Shown here: piece after piece, positions 1 to 12,294 of the stretch
Numbering within the stretch: position 1 is the stretch's first letter
Layout: each line of letters opens with the position of its first letter
Assembly (NCBI RefSeq): GCF_009914755.1
Contig: NC_060925.1
Origin: the human T2T-CHM13v2.0 reference genome, Homo sapiens
Direction: 5' to 3' (one strand)
Length of the DNA: 64,000 nt
Made by a program: the position numbers and the translations under genes
Notes under the pieces: generated by a model
Told to the model about the DNA's origin: nothing
Database searches by the model: none
Seen by the model: only the letters and a program-made list of their open reading frames with translations

Positions 1-266
1 GAGGCAGTGGATCTCTTGAGTCGAGACCAGCCTGGGCAACATGGTGAAACACCATCTCTACTAAAAATACAGAAATTAGCTGGACATGGTGGCACACGCC
101 TATAGTCGCAGCTACTTGGAGGACTGAGGTGGGAGAATCGCTTGGGTCCGAGAAGTAGGGGCTGCAGTGAGCCGACATTGCAAGCCGAGATTGTAGCACT
201 GCATTCCAGCTTGGGTGACAAAGTGAGACCTTATCTAAAACAAACAAACAAACAACAACAAAAAAA
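1..266 (+). mobile_element. Alu (AluJ-like), cut by the window start, with (CAAA)n/A tail
   Basis: GAGACCAGCCTGGGCAACATGGTGAAAC...CTACTAAAAATACA linker, right arm, A-rich tail. Confidence 0.9.
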
Positions 267-409
267 CCCCATACATTTCACAAGTATATAAGAAATTGAA
301 GATATCTTGATTTTCTATCATGGACCCAGTCTCAGCCAATGTGTTCAATTTTATACTAATCAGTTACTGCCTTAAATTAATTAGCCACATTCGACACATT
401 ACTGAATGC

Positions 410-443
<34 letters not shown>

Positions 444-446
444 CGC
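410..446. repeat. (TG)n(CG)n compound microsatellite
   Basis: Uninterrupted alternating purine-pyrimidine tract read directly. Confidence 0.95.
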
Positions 447-799
447 CAGCTTGTGTTCTTTTTAGAGGCATTCGTGTTGACATTGATAAGATGCAGGTGT
501 TTCCTGCTAGTTAGCTTCAAACCTCTGTGAGGATGCAGTGCTTTTAGAAGAAAAAATCAAGTTTTTTTTCCTGACACTTTCCAAAGATTTGTCCATTTTA
601 TATTACTAAAAATATAAATTGATATGACTGACACATAAGTCCTCAAGAATGTTCAATTTTCTCTTTATGCTATTGTACTAAGAAATACAGAGCAAATCAG
701 AGAATGTGGCATTTCACAAAATGGGTTTTTGAGAATGGGAAGGATACTACAAAATATCTACCACCAATAAAATTCCATTTTATAGAAAGTTCTCTTAAT

Positions 800-1060
800 A
801 GGATTAAGGACAAAATGTTTTTCGATTTTCAAATAAACCTGGGAAGTATGAATTAAACAAAAAACAAACCCCACATAATTCCTTATTACTGGACTTCCAG
901 AGCCTTTAATATGTTAATGTGCATCGTGAGTCTCCAAGACAGGTGTGCTCAGCTTTTCTCAAGTCAAATATGGTCACAGGATAGCTCTTTTTTTTTTTTT
1001 TTCCTACAGATCATCTACTGGAATTATTATTCCAAAGAAAGCACTCTTCAAAATGCTGCA
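800..1060. mobile_element. hAT-Charlie-type non-autonomous DNA transposon relic (Charlie4-like, subfamily uncertain)
   Basis: GGACTTCCAGAGCCTTTAATATGTTAATGTGCATCGTGAGTCTCCAAGA motif; a related copy lies at ~44.75-45.0 kb. Confidence 0.45.
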
Positions 1061-2164
1061 CAGTGTGCTGATTTTAGCGTCAGAGATTAGAGTGAGATTT
1101 AAAAGGCAAGTGTATCTACATTTTAATACTCAAACATCTGATATATCTGCTGCTCTTTGGAGAAAGAAATATTGTCTTTACAGAAATGATAAGAATCAGT
1201 GAGGGTTTTGAGGGTGGGCGTTGCTCAGATTGTTTCTGTGGGAATAGTTTGCAGATGTGCAGTTTAGCATCTGAGTGAGAACATTCCTCCAGTAAACTTG
1301 AATTACATATATTAGCCAAATGAGAAAGAACACTCTTAGAATTTTAGTCTGTATTGTAACTGAAGTTTACTCTGTTCCAAATATTCTCTTATTTGCCATC
1401 ATGCCTCCAGTTTGTTAAAATTGTAAATGTCACTTGCCCAGATTGAGTAGAAGTGATCTGATGTATTATTTATCTTCCAGCTTCATACTATACTTTCTAC
1501 TGAAGAGCCCAAGGCTCTGAGAACTTTCCAATAAAGGAAAAATTATAGAAGTTAGTGGGGGAGTGGAGAAGCTAGGATAAGTAGAATGAAAATGAGAGAC
1601 CCAGGAAAAGTTAAATACTGGCAAATTCATCAGAGCTCATTTGTTAAAACAGCAAAATATAATACAGTAGTGATATAATTGTAGACCAAAATAAAATGGT
1701 GCAGAATTATATATGTCATCTAACTGCCTGTATAGTACTGATTCCTAAAAAAATCCAAGAAACTTGATGTGCTACATCTTCCCCCCACTATCAAATGGAT
1801 AACTTGTTCATTGATTTCAACCAGTATGTTGAAACTTCTCAACATTGGAAACTATTAAATCTTTCAACACTATTCAGATCCAGACAATCTGATTATTTTA
1901 CATACTTTATTAATCATTTGAAATGCTCATAAAAGACCCCAGGCTTCCTCAAATTATTGTGAGCAATTTATTCACTTATTGTAGTACAGGAAGGTTGGGA
2001 CTGATGCATTCCAAACATTACCTAGGACCCTAAGGATAGGGCAGAGCACAGAATAAATAAGAAAAAGCATTTGATTTTTCTCAGGTTCAACATCTTCACC
2101 AAAAGAATAGGACCGGCAATTACTGGCTGCACAAGTAAGACCCGCAGAATGGTTTGTTTATAGA

Positions 2165-2400
2165 GCTGGTTGGCTGAAGCCAGATGGTCTCAGTTCAAAT
2201 TCTATCTTTATCCCTCCCTAGCAGGTACTTTGGGCAAGATATTTAACCACTCTTAAGCAAGCTTCAGTCTCCTTATCTGTGAAATGGATATAAGAATACT
2301 TACATTGACAGAATTGTTGGAAGGCTATTGACTTATTTTATATAAAGTGACAAAAATACTGCCTAGCATGTAGTAAGAGCTCAATAAGTAATTGTTACAA
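2165..2400 (+). mobile_element. MIR SINE
   Basis: Core CTTTGGGCAAGATATTTAACC...CTTCAGTCTCCTTATCTGTGAAATGG and 3' end GCCTAGCATGTAGTAAGAGCTCAATAA. Confidence 0.8.
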
Positions 2401-2539
2401 TTATTTTGATTATTCCAAACAACTTTTCTCCTTTCTTTCTCCTATGTTAATAACTCTTCCACAATGGCTTATCCCTTTTTGTTTAATTTTACTAAAGTAA
2501 AAATAAATGCTGATTTAACTATGCTTCTAACACAATCTA

Positions 2540-3365
2540 TCACCCCATCTTTCTTTTTCTCCTTATTGCCACACTTCCTTAAAGACTAGTCTCCCTCATT
2601 CCTCCCAAATGAATTCTGCCTTTCTACTCCTATAATCTGACTCTTACCACTAGTGTACCACTGAAACAGCTTTCATTAAATTCATCAGTGCCCTAATAAT
2701 TTTAAATGCAGTGGGCCGAGTCATTGTCTTGCCATTGCAGTCTTTGATCATCTTAAATGCTTTCTTCTTGCATTGTCCTCTTCAGTTCTCTTGTCTCTGC
2801 CTGCTCTTCTTCAGTTACCTTAACTTTTTTTTCCCCTCCATTTCCATTTAATTACAGTCATTTCCCCAAGGCTCTACTCTCTGCATCTTTAAGTTCAATC
2901 AATACACTTTTTACCCGGAAATCTCTGTTACTCTGTTACTCCTTTGGTTTTAATTTGCCAACTTCCAATTTTTCTTCACTAGATGTGGCCTATTTCTTAA
3001 TTTTCAGTTACCAGTTACATCAACATGTTCATATGGATGCCACACCAGCACTTCTATCTCAGCATGAGTTTTTCATTTCTTGATCCTCTAATTCATCCAT
3101 TAAAATGCAGCCAGATTTAGTATTCATCTTTCAAGACACACTTAAAATGGAACTTCCTTTACAAAACCCTAAGAGCTCCAAGATAAATTTTATCACTATC
3201 CCAAACTTTGCTTGAGTCTCTTTCTTATTTATGGTTATTTTTACCTCGATAGTGATTTTTAACCCACCACTAACTGTAAGCTGTTGAGAGCACAAAATAC
3301 ATCACTATAATTTTCAAAGTACTTCAAAAGTGGCAGGGTGAACCTGAAATCTGATATTTAATGAA
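2540..3365 (+). mobile_element. L2 LINE fragments, highly degraded
   Basis: CCACTGAAACAGCTTTCATTAAATTCATCAGTG and pyrimidine-rich L2-like body; CTGTAAGCTGTTGAGAGCA near the 3' end. Confidence 0.55.
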
Positions 3366-6094
3366 TGGTTGCTTAATTGGGTGGCTGGTAAAGGGGGACA
3401 TTGCCTCTTAAAATGGCAAATGACATGGAGTGATTACATGATTTATAGAAAAACATATAGGAGCATAGTACAATTACAGACACTGGATTGAAAAAAATAA
3501 GCAAGATTCTAGTAGCTATGATAAGAACTGCAAAAATGAATACACATAAACACACACACATATATACACACACATCGTGGGTATACATATAATTAAGTAT
3601 ATAAAATGTAAAAGTACATAATTATATAAATAATTACGTGCAATAGATAAAATATACTTTTGAATGGTATTTCAGATATTCCATTCTCTGTGCTACTTTT
3701 TGATGACAGGTACTAGAGGGCCACAACTGAAGGTGAGGCATCTGAGAATAATATCAGGTGCTTAAAGGAATTTGAAAAAAAATTAAATTGTTACATATGA
3801 ATTAAAGGGTTAGGAAGTACTGAGAAAGTCATCTACTTTGTAATCATGCTGTAGACTATAAAAAGTCCTTACCTTTTATTGAAATGATCAATTAATGTTT
3901 AGACAAAGAGAATATTGACAGAGTTCCTGATAATACACTTCACAACCTCCCTAGATTATTGTTTTAATATTTCATTACCCTCAGTGTAGAAAGCTCAAAA
4001 TTATCAAGTACATTGACCAAAGCCAGGCTAGCCAATTAGAAAAAATAATTTTCTTATTTTTGAAAAGCAAATACTATCTTCTAACTTTTAAAATTATATT
4101 TAAAAGTTTCTTATTGATTATTGTCTATTAGTTCAGTCAAACTATTAGTTTCTTCCCACTTTGATGTATTTGTTGAAAATGTTTTGATGAATTTTATGTC
4201 TAAAATGTGGTCTGGGATTTAATATTTAAAGATCTTGTATACTTTCACAAGAACTATTTTTTTCCTTTTGTTTGCATATATTTAGAGATTTTGAAAATGT
4301 AAGCAGCACCTTTGATTTTAAATACCTACTTTACGGTTAATCATTAAATTACCATTTAAAATGTATTTTTTCCCCTAAGTTCGAGCAGCAATCATAGAGA
4401 AAGTCATAATGTGCTGCAGTAATTATTAATTGATTAAAGGCTTTGTAATTGGCACTGAGTACAGTTTCTTGAAAAGGCTTATTTCCTATCTGAGCCAGCA
4501 AAAGCTGCCACCTTTCAGGTTTCCTCAAGTCATGAAGTAATCTGCTGGTTGCCTTCAGGAAATAGTTTGAATGGAGTCAGAAAAGTGCTCCTGGATCAGA
4601 GTTTTCCCAGGATATTACCTTGTGATGAGGAACCTCAACTGTAACTAGTTCTTCAGATTAATGCTTTCCAATGTCTCGTATAATAAAAGAACTAAATATT
4701 TGCTGAAGAATTGAATGCATTTTTAGATATGCAGAAGGAGAAAAAATGTGGTTAACTATCTGCCTCTTTCACAATTAAGAAAAGCAAAATTCTGCAATTC
4801 TATTCCAACCAAACTAAAAATGCCAACTGGTATTTAACATCATGAAGGCACATTTTGGATGGGCTCTGTAAGAGGAGTCAGGAAAGAACACTTGAAAATG
4901 CAATGTAGTAAAGTTGGGTGCTTCCTAAAATTGTTCTCAAATATCTGGATGAGAAGAAATCAGAAACCATTCATGCATGTTTTAAGCAAAAAAGTTTTAT
5001 GTGTAAAACCAGTCTTTCAACTATAATAAACCTCAAGCAAAGTAGAGATGTAACCTGAATTTTAAAAGAAATCCTTTTGATTTTTCAACTTTTGAAAAGG
5101 GAAATGAAATAGGCTCGACCATATCATATCCCAAAATGTCTGTTAAACTCTTACCTTTGCTCAACTAGTTTTTCAATAGTTCTAGAATTACAAATTCTGG
5201 TCTTGATTTCCCTACATATTTTACATTCAAACACCCGTTGGACAGAGGTGAGAAAACAGCCTTTTTTTTTTTTTTTCCTTGGGAGGGAATGCTAATGTTG
5301 ACTGAAAGTCTAGGCCTTAGTTGCATCCCTCGAAATGGAGATTAAGATGTAGACATGTTTTTGTTGTAGCAACAAAGGAAAAAAGTAATGAAGCAGATAG
5401 GAGAACTCTCTCACTATGCAAGTTGGTCATTTATCTTGCCATTAGTTTAAAGAATTTTGGGGTATATACATGCCAAACAAAATAGAGACTAAAACTTATT
5501 TTATTTTATTTTATTTTGATTTACTATTAACTCTATTAATTTGTTAATTTGAAATGATCCACAAATAACCAGTGCAAAGTAACCAATACGGATATAACAC
5601 AGAAATTAAGAGAAGATTTGCAAAAAGATTAAATATTTTTCAGTCTTTGTTCTTACAGGCAAAGACAAAAAAGATAGCTAATTTCCTTACATTGCCGTTT
5701 TCCTGAAGAAGGTGAAAAGTGGATCCAATAAGTGACTATTTCTCCACAGGTAATGCCCCCTCTTTCTTTGTGACCCAATTTTAGGATCTCTCTGGCTCAG
5801 GTTTTTAGTCCTCACGGGTGGCAGGAATTACAGTCGGTTTAGGCAACTGTGTCTCTTCCCAGAGCCAGCACCTGCTGGGTACATGAGTTCAGCTTTCCTA
5901 TCCATCTGCATAACTAAGGAGGAAACAGCCCATGCTGAAGTAATGAAGTATCATCCTTCCTCCCACTCCTTCCTAGGCTGCTATTATCCCATCTCTTTGC
6001 CCCTGAAATGAACCTCTAAAAAACCTGTTCACTTCATTTGTTCTCTCTGCAAAGCATTTTATGGACCTCAGTCTCTATTTTCAGTTACTAAAAA

Positions 6095-6812
6095 GACCAA
6101 GCAGCCGGACTATGGCCTGGAGACATTTGTGAACGAAGTGGAATCCGCTCTGGCCCAGCAAGTCAAGCACTTCTCAGCCCTGACAGATGTCATCAAGGCC
6201 TTGAGCCCTGCCATGCAGCTGAAAGAGCAGGTTAGCAGACAAATAAGCAACAAGAAACATCCCCAGTGACAACTGCAAATAAAGATCTGCTTGATTTGAC
6301 ACCCAGCCTCTTCCTCCACCCTCCCCAGAGAACTTTGGGCAACTGGTGGACCTAGGCAGGGTCTGAGCTGAGACAGGCTCTGGTAAATGTCAATATGAGG
6401 GCATCTGGGGCCAGAGCAGCTGGGGATGGGGATCAGAGTGACATGGGACACTACTTTCCTTTTCCTCAGTTGTCGCCCTCAAGGGAGGAAGGAGCTCTTA
6501 GTAACCCTTATATGTTGCCCTGCTTTCCATAAGAAGGGAATGCTGTCTGGTGTAGAGTTTTCTGTCAGTAGTGTCCTGCCTGTGTGTCCTGGCTCTGGCG
6601 GGGAGCCAGGACAACCCCAGGGAACACAGCTCTCTGCTGGCTCTAAACCTTCCATACCTTTGGTTCGAGCACTGATATGTCTTATATTTTAAAAAATGTT
6701 TCTGGGACCTCTTTCTTCTTTGCTGCCTTCCTAGGGATGCACGAGGATCCCTACTGTTTTCTGTTTTAAATGTTTATACATTGTATGTAACAATAAAGAA
6801 AGAGAAAAAAAA
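6095..6812 (+). pseudogene. 5'-truncated processed pseudogene of KIF2C (MCAK): C-terminal coding end, 3'UTR and poly(A) remnant
   Basis: Translates TKQPDYGLETFVNEVESALAQQVKHFSALTDVIKALSPAMQLKEQVSRQISNKKHPQ* (TGA 6267-6269), matching the KIF2C C-terminus as I recall it ([57 protein letters not shown]). No intron, KIF2C-like 3'UTR, AATAAA at 6792-6797, then an A-rich tail. Confidence 0.92.
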
Positions 6813-6927
6813 TTACATAGCATGAGTTCATTGTTTCCTTATTCAGTTTAAATTACCAAATGTTTATGACTAAGGACAAAAAAGAGCCTCAAAGTGACTT
6901 AACACAAAACAAACACCCCCCACCCAC

Positions 6928-7395
6928 CATGATGGTTAATACTGAGTGTCAACTTGATCAAATTAAAGGTTGCAATGTTCCTGGGTGTGTGTGTAAGCCT
7001 GTTGCCAAAGGAAATTAACATTTGAGTCAGTGGACTGGGAAAGGCAGACCCATCCTTAATCTGGGTGGATACCATCTAATCAGCTGCCTGTGCAGCCAGA
7101 AAAAAGGCAGGCAGAAAAAAAAAAACAAAAAACAAAAAAAAAAAACGTGAAAAGACTAGACTCGCTTAGCCTCCCAGCCTACATCTTTCTCCTGTGCTGG
7201 ATGCTTTCTGCCCTTGAATGTCAGACTCCAGGTTCTTCAGCTTTGGGACTCAGACTGGCTTCCTCGCTCCTCAGCTTGCAAATGGCCTATTGTGGGATGT
7301 TGTGATTGTGTGAGTTAATACTCCTTAATAAACTCCCCTTTACATATACAACAGTCTTACTAGTTCTGTCCTTCTAGAGAACCCTGACTAATACA
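6928..7395 (+). mobile_element. MLT2A (HERV-L) solo LTR
   Basis: TGATGGTTAATACTGAGTGTCAACTTGA start; TAGAGAACCCTGACTAATACA end; AATAAA near the 3' end. Confidence 0.88.
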
Positions 7396-8658
7396 CCCCC
7401 ACCAAAACAAAAAACAAAACAAAACAAAACAAAAAACTAAAAAAAAAAAACCCTCTTAAATCATTCTTACTCTTTTCCGAAAAATGAGTATTTCCCTCCT
7501 ATTCTATCTGTGTGCAATTGCACATTTAAAAAAAATTCTAGGAGTATCAAAAATAAAAGTTTACTTTCATTTCATGGCCCTCACAAAATCAGGAAATTGA
7601 TTCACTCAAGCAATAAAAAGTTTATTGAGCACCTACACTGGTAAAACAAACAGCTAAAAATCACTGCCTTCATGAAGTCTGTAGAATTTTTTGTCTTCCT
7701 GCTTTCTATTCCCTATAGGTTTTGTCTTTATAAAGCATGTCTCTACTTAGATTATTAATTTGCCAAAAATATTTAATAGCTTTTAAGTTTTATTTAATAA
7801 AAACAAAGTCTAGAATCTCTACCATGTACCTTAAGCATCCTCATGTTCCCAAAACACTCCTTGTACATTACCACTTCATGACACTCCACTCCAGACATTC
7901 TTCTCTTCCACAGTCTCTAATACAGAAAGATTATTAACAAGTTCAAATTCTTCATGATACCAACTTAAATGTGTTCTATTTAGATCTGGTTTATTTCATC
8001 TGAGACTTCCCTGGAATTGTGTTTATTACTTATCTTATGGAATTTATATCATTCAGTTCTACAACATAGCTGTTTATATCCTTATGTTCCTAATATGTTA
8101 TAAACTTTTGAAGGCAGTCGAAACGTTTTGTTCTACGTCACAACCATTCTTCTCCATTTCGGCCTCTAATGGAGAATACAGATAGTTCTCAGTAAATGGT
8201 GAATGAATTACTACTCCATTATTGCAATGTAATATTTGCATTATTCTTTAGGTTTGCTCTGCTACTCTGTATCTTATATGGTTGTTAGATACTGAGATTA
8301 ATATAAATATGATCAAAGAGAGGAATATATGGTAGTAGTGGAATTAAATATCAAGTTCACCTGAAAAATATGAAGCTAAATTTTCCTAACGAGACACTAT
8401 CCACATCCTAGGAATGAGGTTGCAACCTATGAAAACAAAATGAACTTCATCCCACAAAGATGTTTCCTGGGGCCTGTCTGCTGAACACAGGAAAGTACAG
8501 TGGGGGTTTGGGTAGCTCATATGTATTCAGCTATAATGTAATTTTCAAGATATATTATTTTAACATTATTTCTGGCAAATCTCAAGGGACTGTATCATTG
8601 GTTTCTCTGGAAAACAGCAGGAAGGCAATTTAATGAAATTAAATAAATTAAATTAAAT

Positions 8659-8708
8659 AATGAATATTGCAAGTGTATCTGCCATCTTTTGCCAATACTG
8701 ATTAGTCT
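8659..8708 (+). repeat. Dispersed 50-bp direct repeat, copy 1
   Basis: 46/50 identical to 9247-9296. Confidence 0.9.
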
Positions 8709-9246
8709 ACTTTTACTAGTACTTGCATTGCCTTCATAAGTAAGGAATGGGGATATTTTAAATAACAATTCTTATGGTCAAGTTATGCTTTGGAAATTTC
8801 AGAGTTGACAAGAAAATATTGATTTTCAGGTATTATTTGGTCAGGCTCCTGCTTTACTTCAGTGTGACTCTGTGGAGTGAAAGCGACACCCTGCAGAGGT
8901 TGGCTCAAGTGTCTGATTTACACTCAGAAAATGGGAATGAGTTTAGTCACCAAAAAAATTTTGATTTAGTGATTTCTTCCATTCATGGCGTCTTAGGCAT
9001 TCAATCATTTGATTTCATTTTATACCAAATCTCAGAGCATTCATTACTGCTCTAAGAAGAAGACACCCAGAGTCTGGGGTTGATCTGTTAATTCTCCATT
9101 TGGTCCCTCTTGAGCTGGAGGTTTGGCAATTGTAGCTGCAGAACATGGTACAAAGTTGCATTAAGAGCTTAGAGAATATCTCAAATCATTTTAAGCAATA
9201 TGGTACTCTGTGTAGCCATGAACATTGCAAAAATAATAGCAATGAC

Positions 9247-9296
9247 AATGAATATCACAACTGTATCTGCCATCTTTTGCCAATACTGATCAGTCT
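9247..9296 (+). repeat. Dispersed 50-bp direct repeat, copy 2
   Basis: 46/50 identical to 8659-8708. Confidence 0.9.
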
Positions 9297-9464
9297 TAAT
9301 TCATGTGATATGTGTTTCCTCCTATCAACCCAATTCTCCCATTCCTTTGTTTAATTTATGTTTCAGTTCTTTCAGGTTGATCTTTCTGGAAAAACTCATT
9401 AATCTCTCCAAATATCCATTCACCCTTCCTGCCAGTATTTGCCAAGCACCTACCATATACATTT

Positions 9465-11124
9465 TGCTATGGATTAAATGTTTATGTTCCCCCAAAATTC
9501 ATACAAAAAACCCTGATCCTGAATTTATGTTATTTGGTGGTAAGGCCTTTGAGAAGTACATTAGACCATTCTTTCATTGCTATAAAGAAGTACCTCAGAC
9601 TGGATAATTTATAAAGAAAGGAGGTTTAATTGGCTTATCGTTCTGCAGGCTGTAAAGGAAGCATGATGCTGGCTTCTGCTCAGCTTCTGGGGAGGCCTCA
9701 GGAAACTTAAATCATCCAGAAGGTGAAGGAAGATCAGACACTTTACATGGCTAGAGCGGGAGCAAGAGAGAGCAAGGAGCCACACACTTTTAAACAGCCA
9801 GATCTCATGAGAAGTCACTCACGACTGTGAGGACAGTTCTAAGAGCATGGTGCTAAACCATTCATGATAAACCCACTCCCATATTCCAATCACCTCTCAC
9901 CAGGCCCCACCTCCAATACTGGGGATTACAATTCAACATGAGATTTGGGTGAGGACAAGATCTAAACTATATCAAGAAGTAATTAGGTCATGGGAGTGGG
10001 GCTCTCGTAAGAGGATTAGTGCACTTATGAAAAGAGACATAAGAGAGATGATCTCTCTCTCCACCAGATGAGGATTCAGCAAGAAGGCATGCATCTACAA
10101 ATTGGGAAGAAGACCTGCACCAGGAACCAAATCAGCCTAAGGATCAACAGGCCAGATTGCCTCTGCCCAAAGCCTTCATGGTGGGGGCTCTTGGAGCTAT
10201 AGGAGAATGACCCCTGTCAAGTAGAGCCCTGGGAATGTGACCCTCACCTAGAAAATCTATAGAGACAGGATAACTGCCCCAGTGGGTGCAGAAAGTGGGA
10301 GTTCTGCCCCACTGGGTTTGGGAGACAGGATTTCCACTCTAGTGGGTCTGGATGGCAGGGCCACCACTTCTAGTGAGTCTGGAAAACAAATCATTGAGCT
10401 AAAGCAGGCTATTCTTAAGCCTTATATCTCATGAAGTTTACATGCTAGATCTTGGCTTGCTTGGGAACTGTCACCCCTTTCTTTCCCATTTCTCACTTTT
10501 GGAATGAAAATGTCTATCCTATGTCTGTCCTGCCATTGTATTTTGGAAGCACATAACTTGTCTGTTTTCATGGGCTCATAGCTGGAGGGAAATTTTGCCT
10601 CAGGATGAATTAAACCTTCAGTCACACCCGTAACTGACTTAGATGATATTTAAATGAAATTTTGGACTTTAGACTTTAGTGTTGATGTTGGAACACATCA
10701 AGACTTGGTTATTGGGATTAAATGAATGTATTTTGCAAGTGAAAAGGACATGAATTGTGGGAGGTCAGAGGCCAGATCTTATGTACACAATATTTGTGTT
10801 CCCCCAAAATTCAGATGTTGAAGCCCTGACTCCCAGTGTGATAGAGGCCATGAAGTCATGTGGGTGGCACTCCCATGACAGAATTTGTGCTCTTAAAAGA
10901 AGACACAAGAGAGGTTATCTCTCTCTCTCCACTATGTGAGGATACATCAAGAAGATAAGACGACATCCATCTGCAACCCGGGAAGAGGGCCCTCACCAGG
11001 AACCAAAATGGCTAGCAACTTGATCTTGGACTTTCCAGCCTCTGAAACTGTGAGAAATAAATGTTTTTTATTCAAACCACCCAGTCTATGGCATTTGTAA
11101 AATCAGTCCAAACTGACTAAGACA
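9465..11124 (+). mobile_element. Internally deleted MLT1A-type MaLR element (partial 5' LTR, internal remnant ~10140-10775, 3' LTR ~10780-11124)
   Basis: TGCTATGGATTAAATGTTTATGTTCCCCCAAAATTCAT start; MaLR-internal 3' end (AAGGACATGAATTGTGGGAGG); second similar LTR ending GACTAAGACA. Confidence 0.75.
9557..9974 (-). mobile_element. MSTA-type MaLR solo LTR nested in the MLT1A-type LTR
   Basis: MST consensus motifs; perfect 5-bp TSD AGAAG at 9552-9556 and 9975-9979. Confidence 0.88.
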
Positions 11125-12199
11125 TGTTGCTTCTTAAGCCAGGATCTATGGAGGATCAAAAAAATGTAATACAGAATATTTTTCTTGAGGAAAGTAGAAT
11201 GTAGTTTAATATAAACATAAAATAACAGAGGTGAAGATAGTACATCAATCTAGGAAACTGCAGTTACTTGTTTTTTTCAGGAAGATTTTTATTTGGATAG
11301 CTAATGATTCAGCTGTCATTGGTTTTTTTTTTTTCCAAAGGCAGCCGGAGAAAAAATTTCCACTAAAATTTTTATAACTATATCAGCCTCTTTGTTAATA
11401 AAGAATTTTAATTTTAACTAATGCTGATTATGTTGAATATAAAAATGTCTTTCAGTATGGTATTTTTAAAAATAATCTCATCTATACTGAAAATGGAACC
11501 TTATTTATAGAGTCCCTTTAAATGCTATTGTTGTTCTCTCAGGCTCTCTAATAGGGCCCTAATAACCTTCAGCAGCATCTCCAAAGGGTCAAATCTTTCC
11601 CAGGTTCTCTGTGTCAGTGTGGCTGAAGATCAGCCTGCAATTGCAGAGCTCTGTTGCCTTTCTGAGTGTCTTTCTGCCCTGAAATTGTGTAACATGCTTG
11701 AGTTTTTCATTTACCTAATTGGTACTTAGGTCTTATGTATTGAATTGTCCTCCCTTAGTCAGATAATTGAAGTAGTAGACTGCACTCTTTGCTCCTCTTC
11801 ATTCAAGCATCACCTCTATACAGGGAATTGCTTATAAAATAACTCAATGTTTTCTGTCAAGAATTGGAAATATGATCTGTCTTGTAGTTACTAGCCCTCC
11901 CTTCTGGTTAATTTTGCAATTCTCTCCCACTCATGGCTTAGATGACCCGAGGATTAATTATTTAAAAAGTGCTGACAGTGTATTTTTATATCTGGGAAGA
12001 CAGAGTTGTCAATTAAGCTTAAGCAGATGACATTTGACCTTATTTAGTATTATTTATTTTTTAGCCTCAGACTACACGAAGTTTAGGAGAATGAACTTGA
12101 TAGCTGTAAAGCTCAGGGTCCAAATCTTTACTCTGCTCTGCAGCCATAATTTATCCTTTGTAAAGGAAGGGTGATAATAATATGTTTATGACAAATAAC

Positions 12200-12259
12200 A
12201 TATATATATATATATATATAAAGTGCTTGGTAAATGGAGCACATAGCAAGTACTCTGTA

Positions 12260-12293
<34 letters not shown>
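12200..12293. repeat. (AT)n and (AAT)n microsatellites in the tail of a degraded MIR
   Basis: Read directly. Confidence 0.85.

Positions 12294-12294
<1 letters not shown>

Noticed and set aside
6110-6692. 113-aa minus-strand and 88-aa plus-strand ORFs
   Set aside because: They are the antisense frame and 3'UTR of the KIF2C retrocopy.
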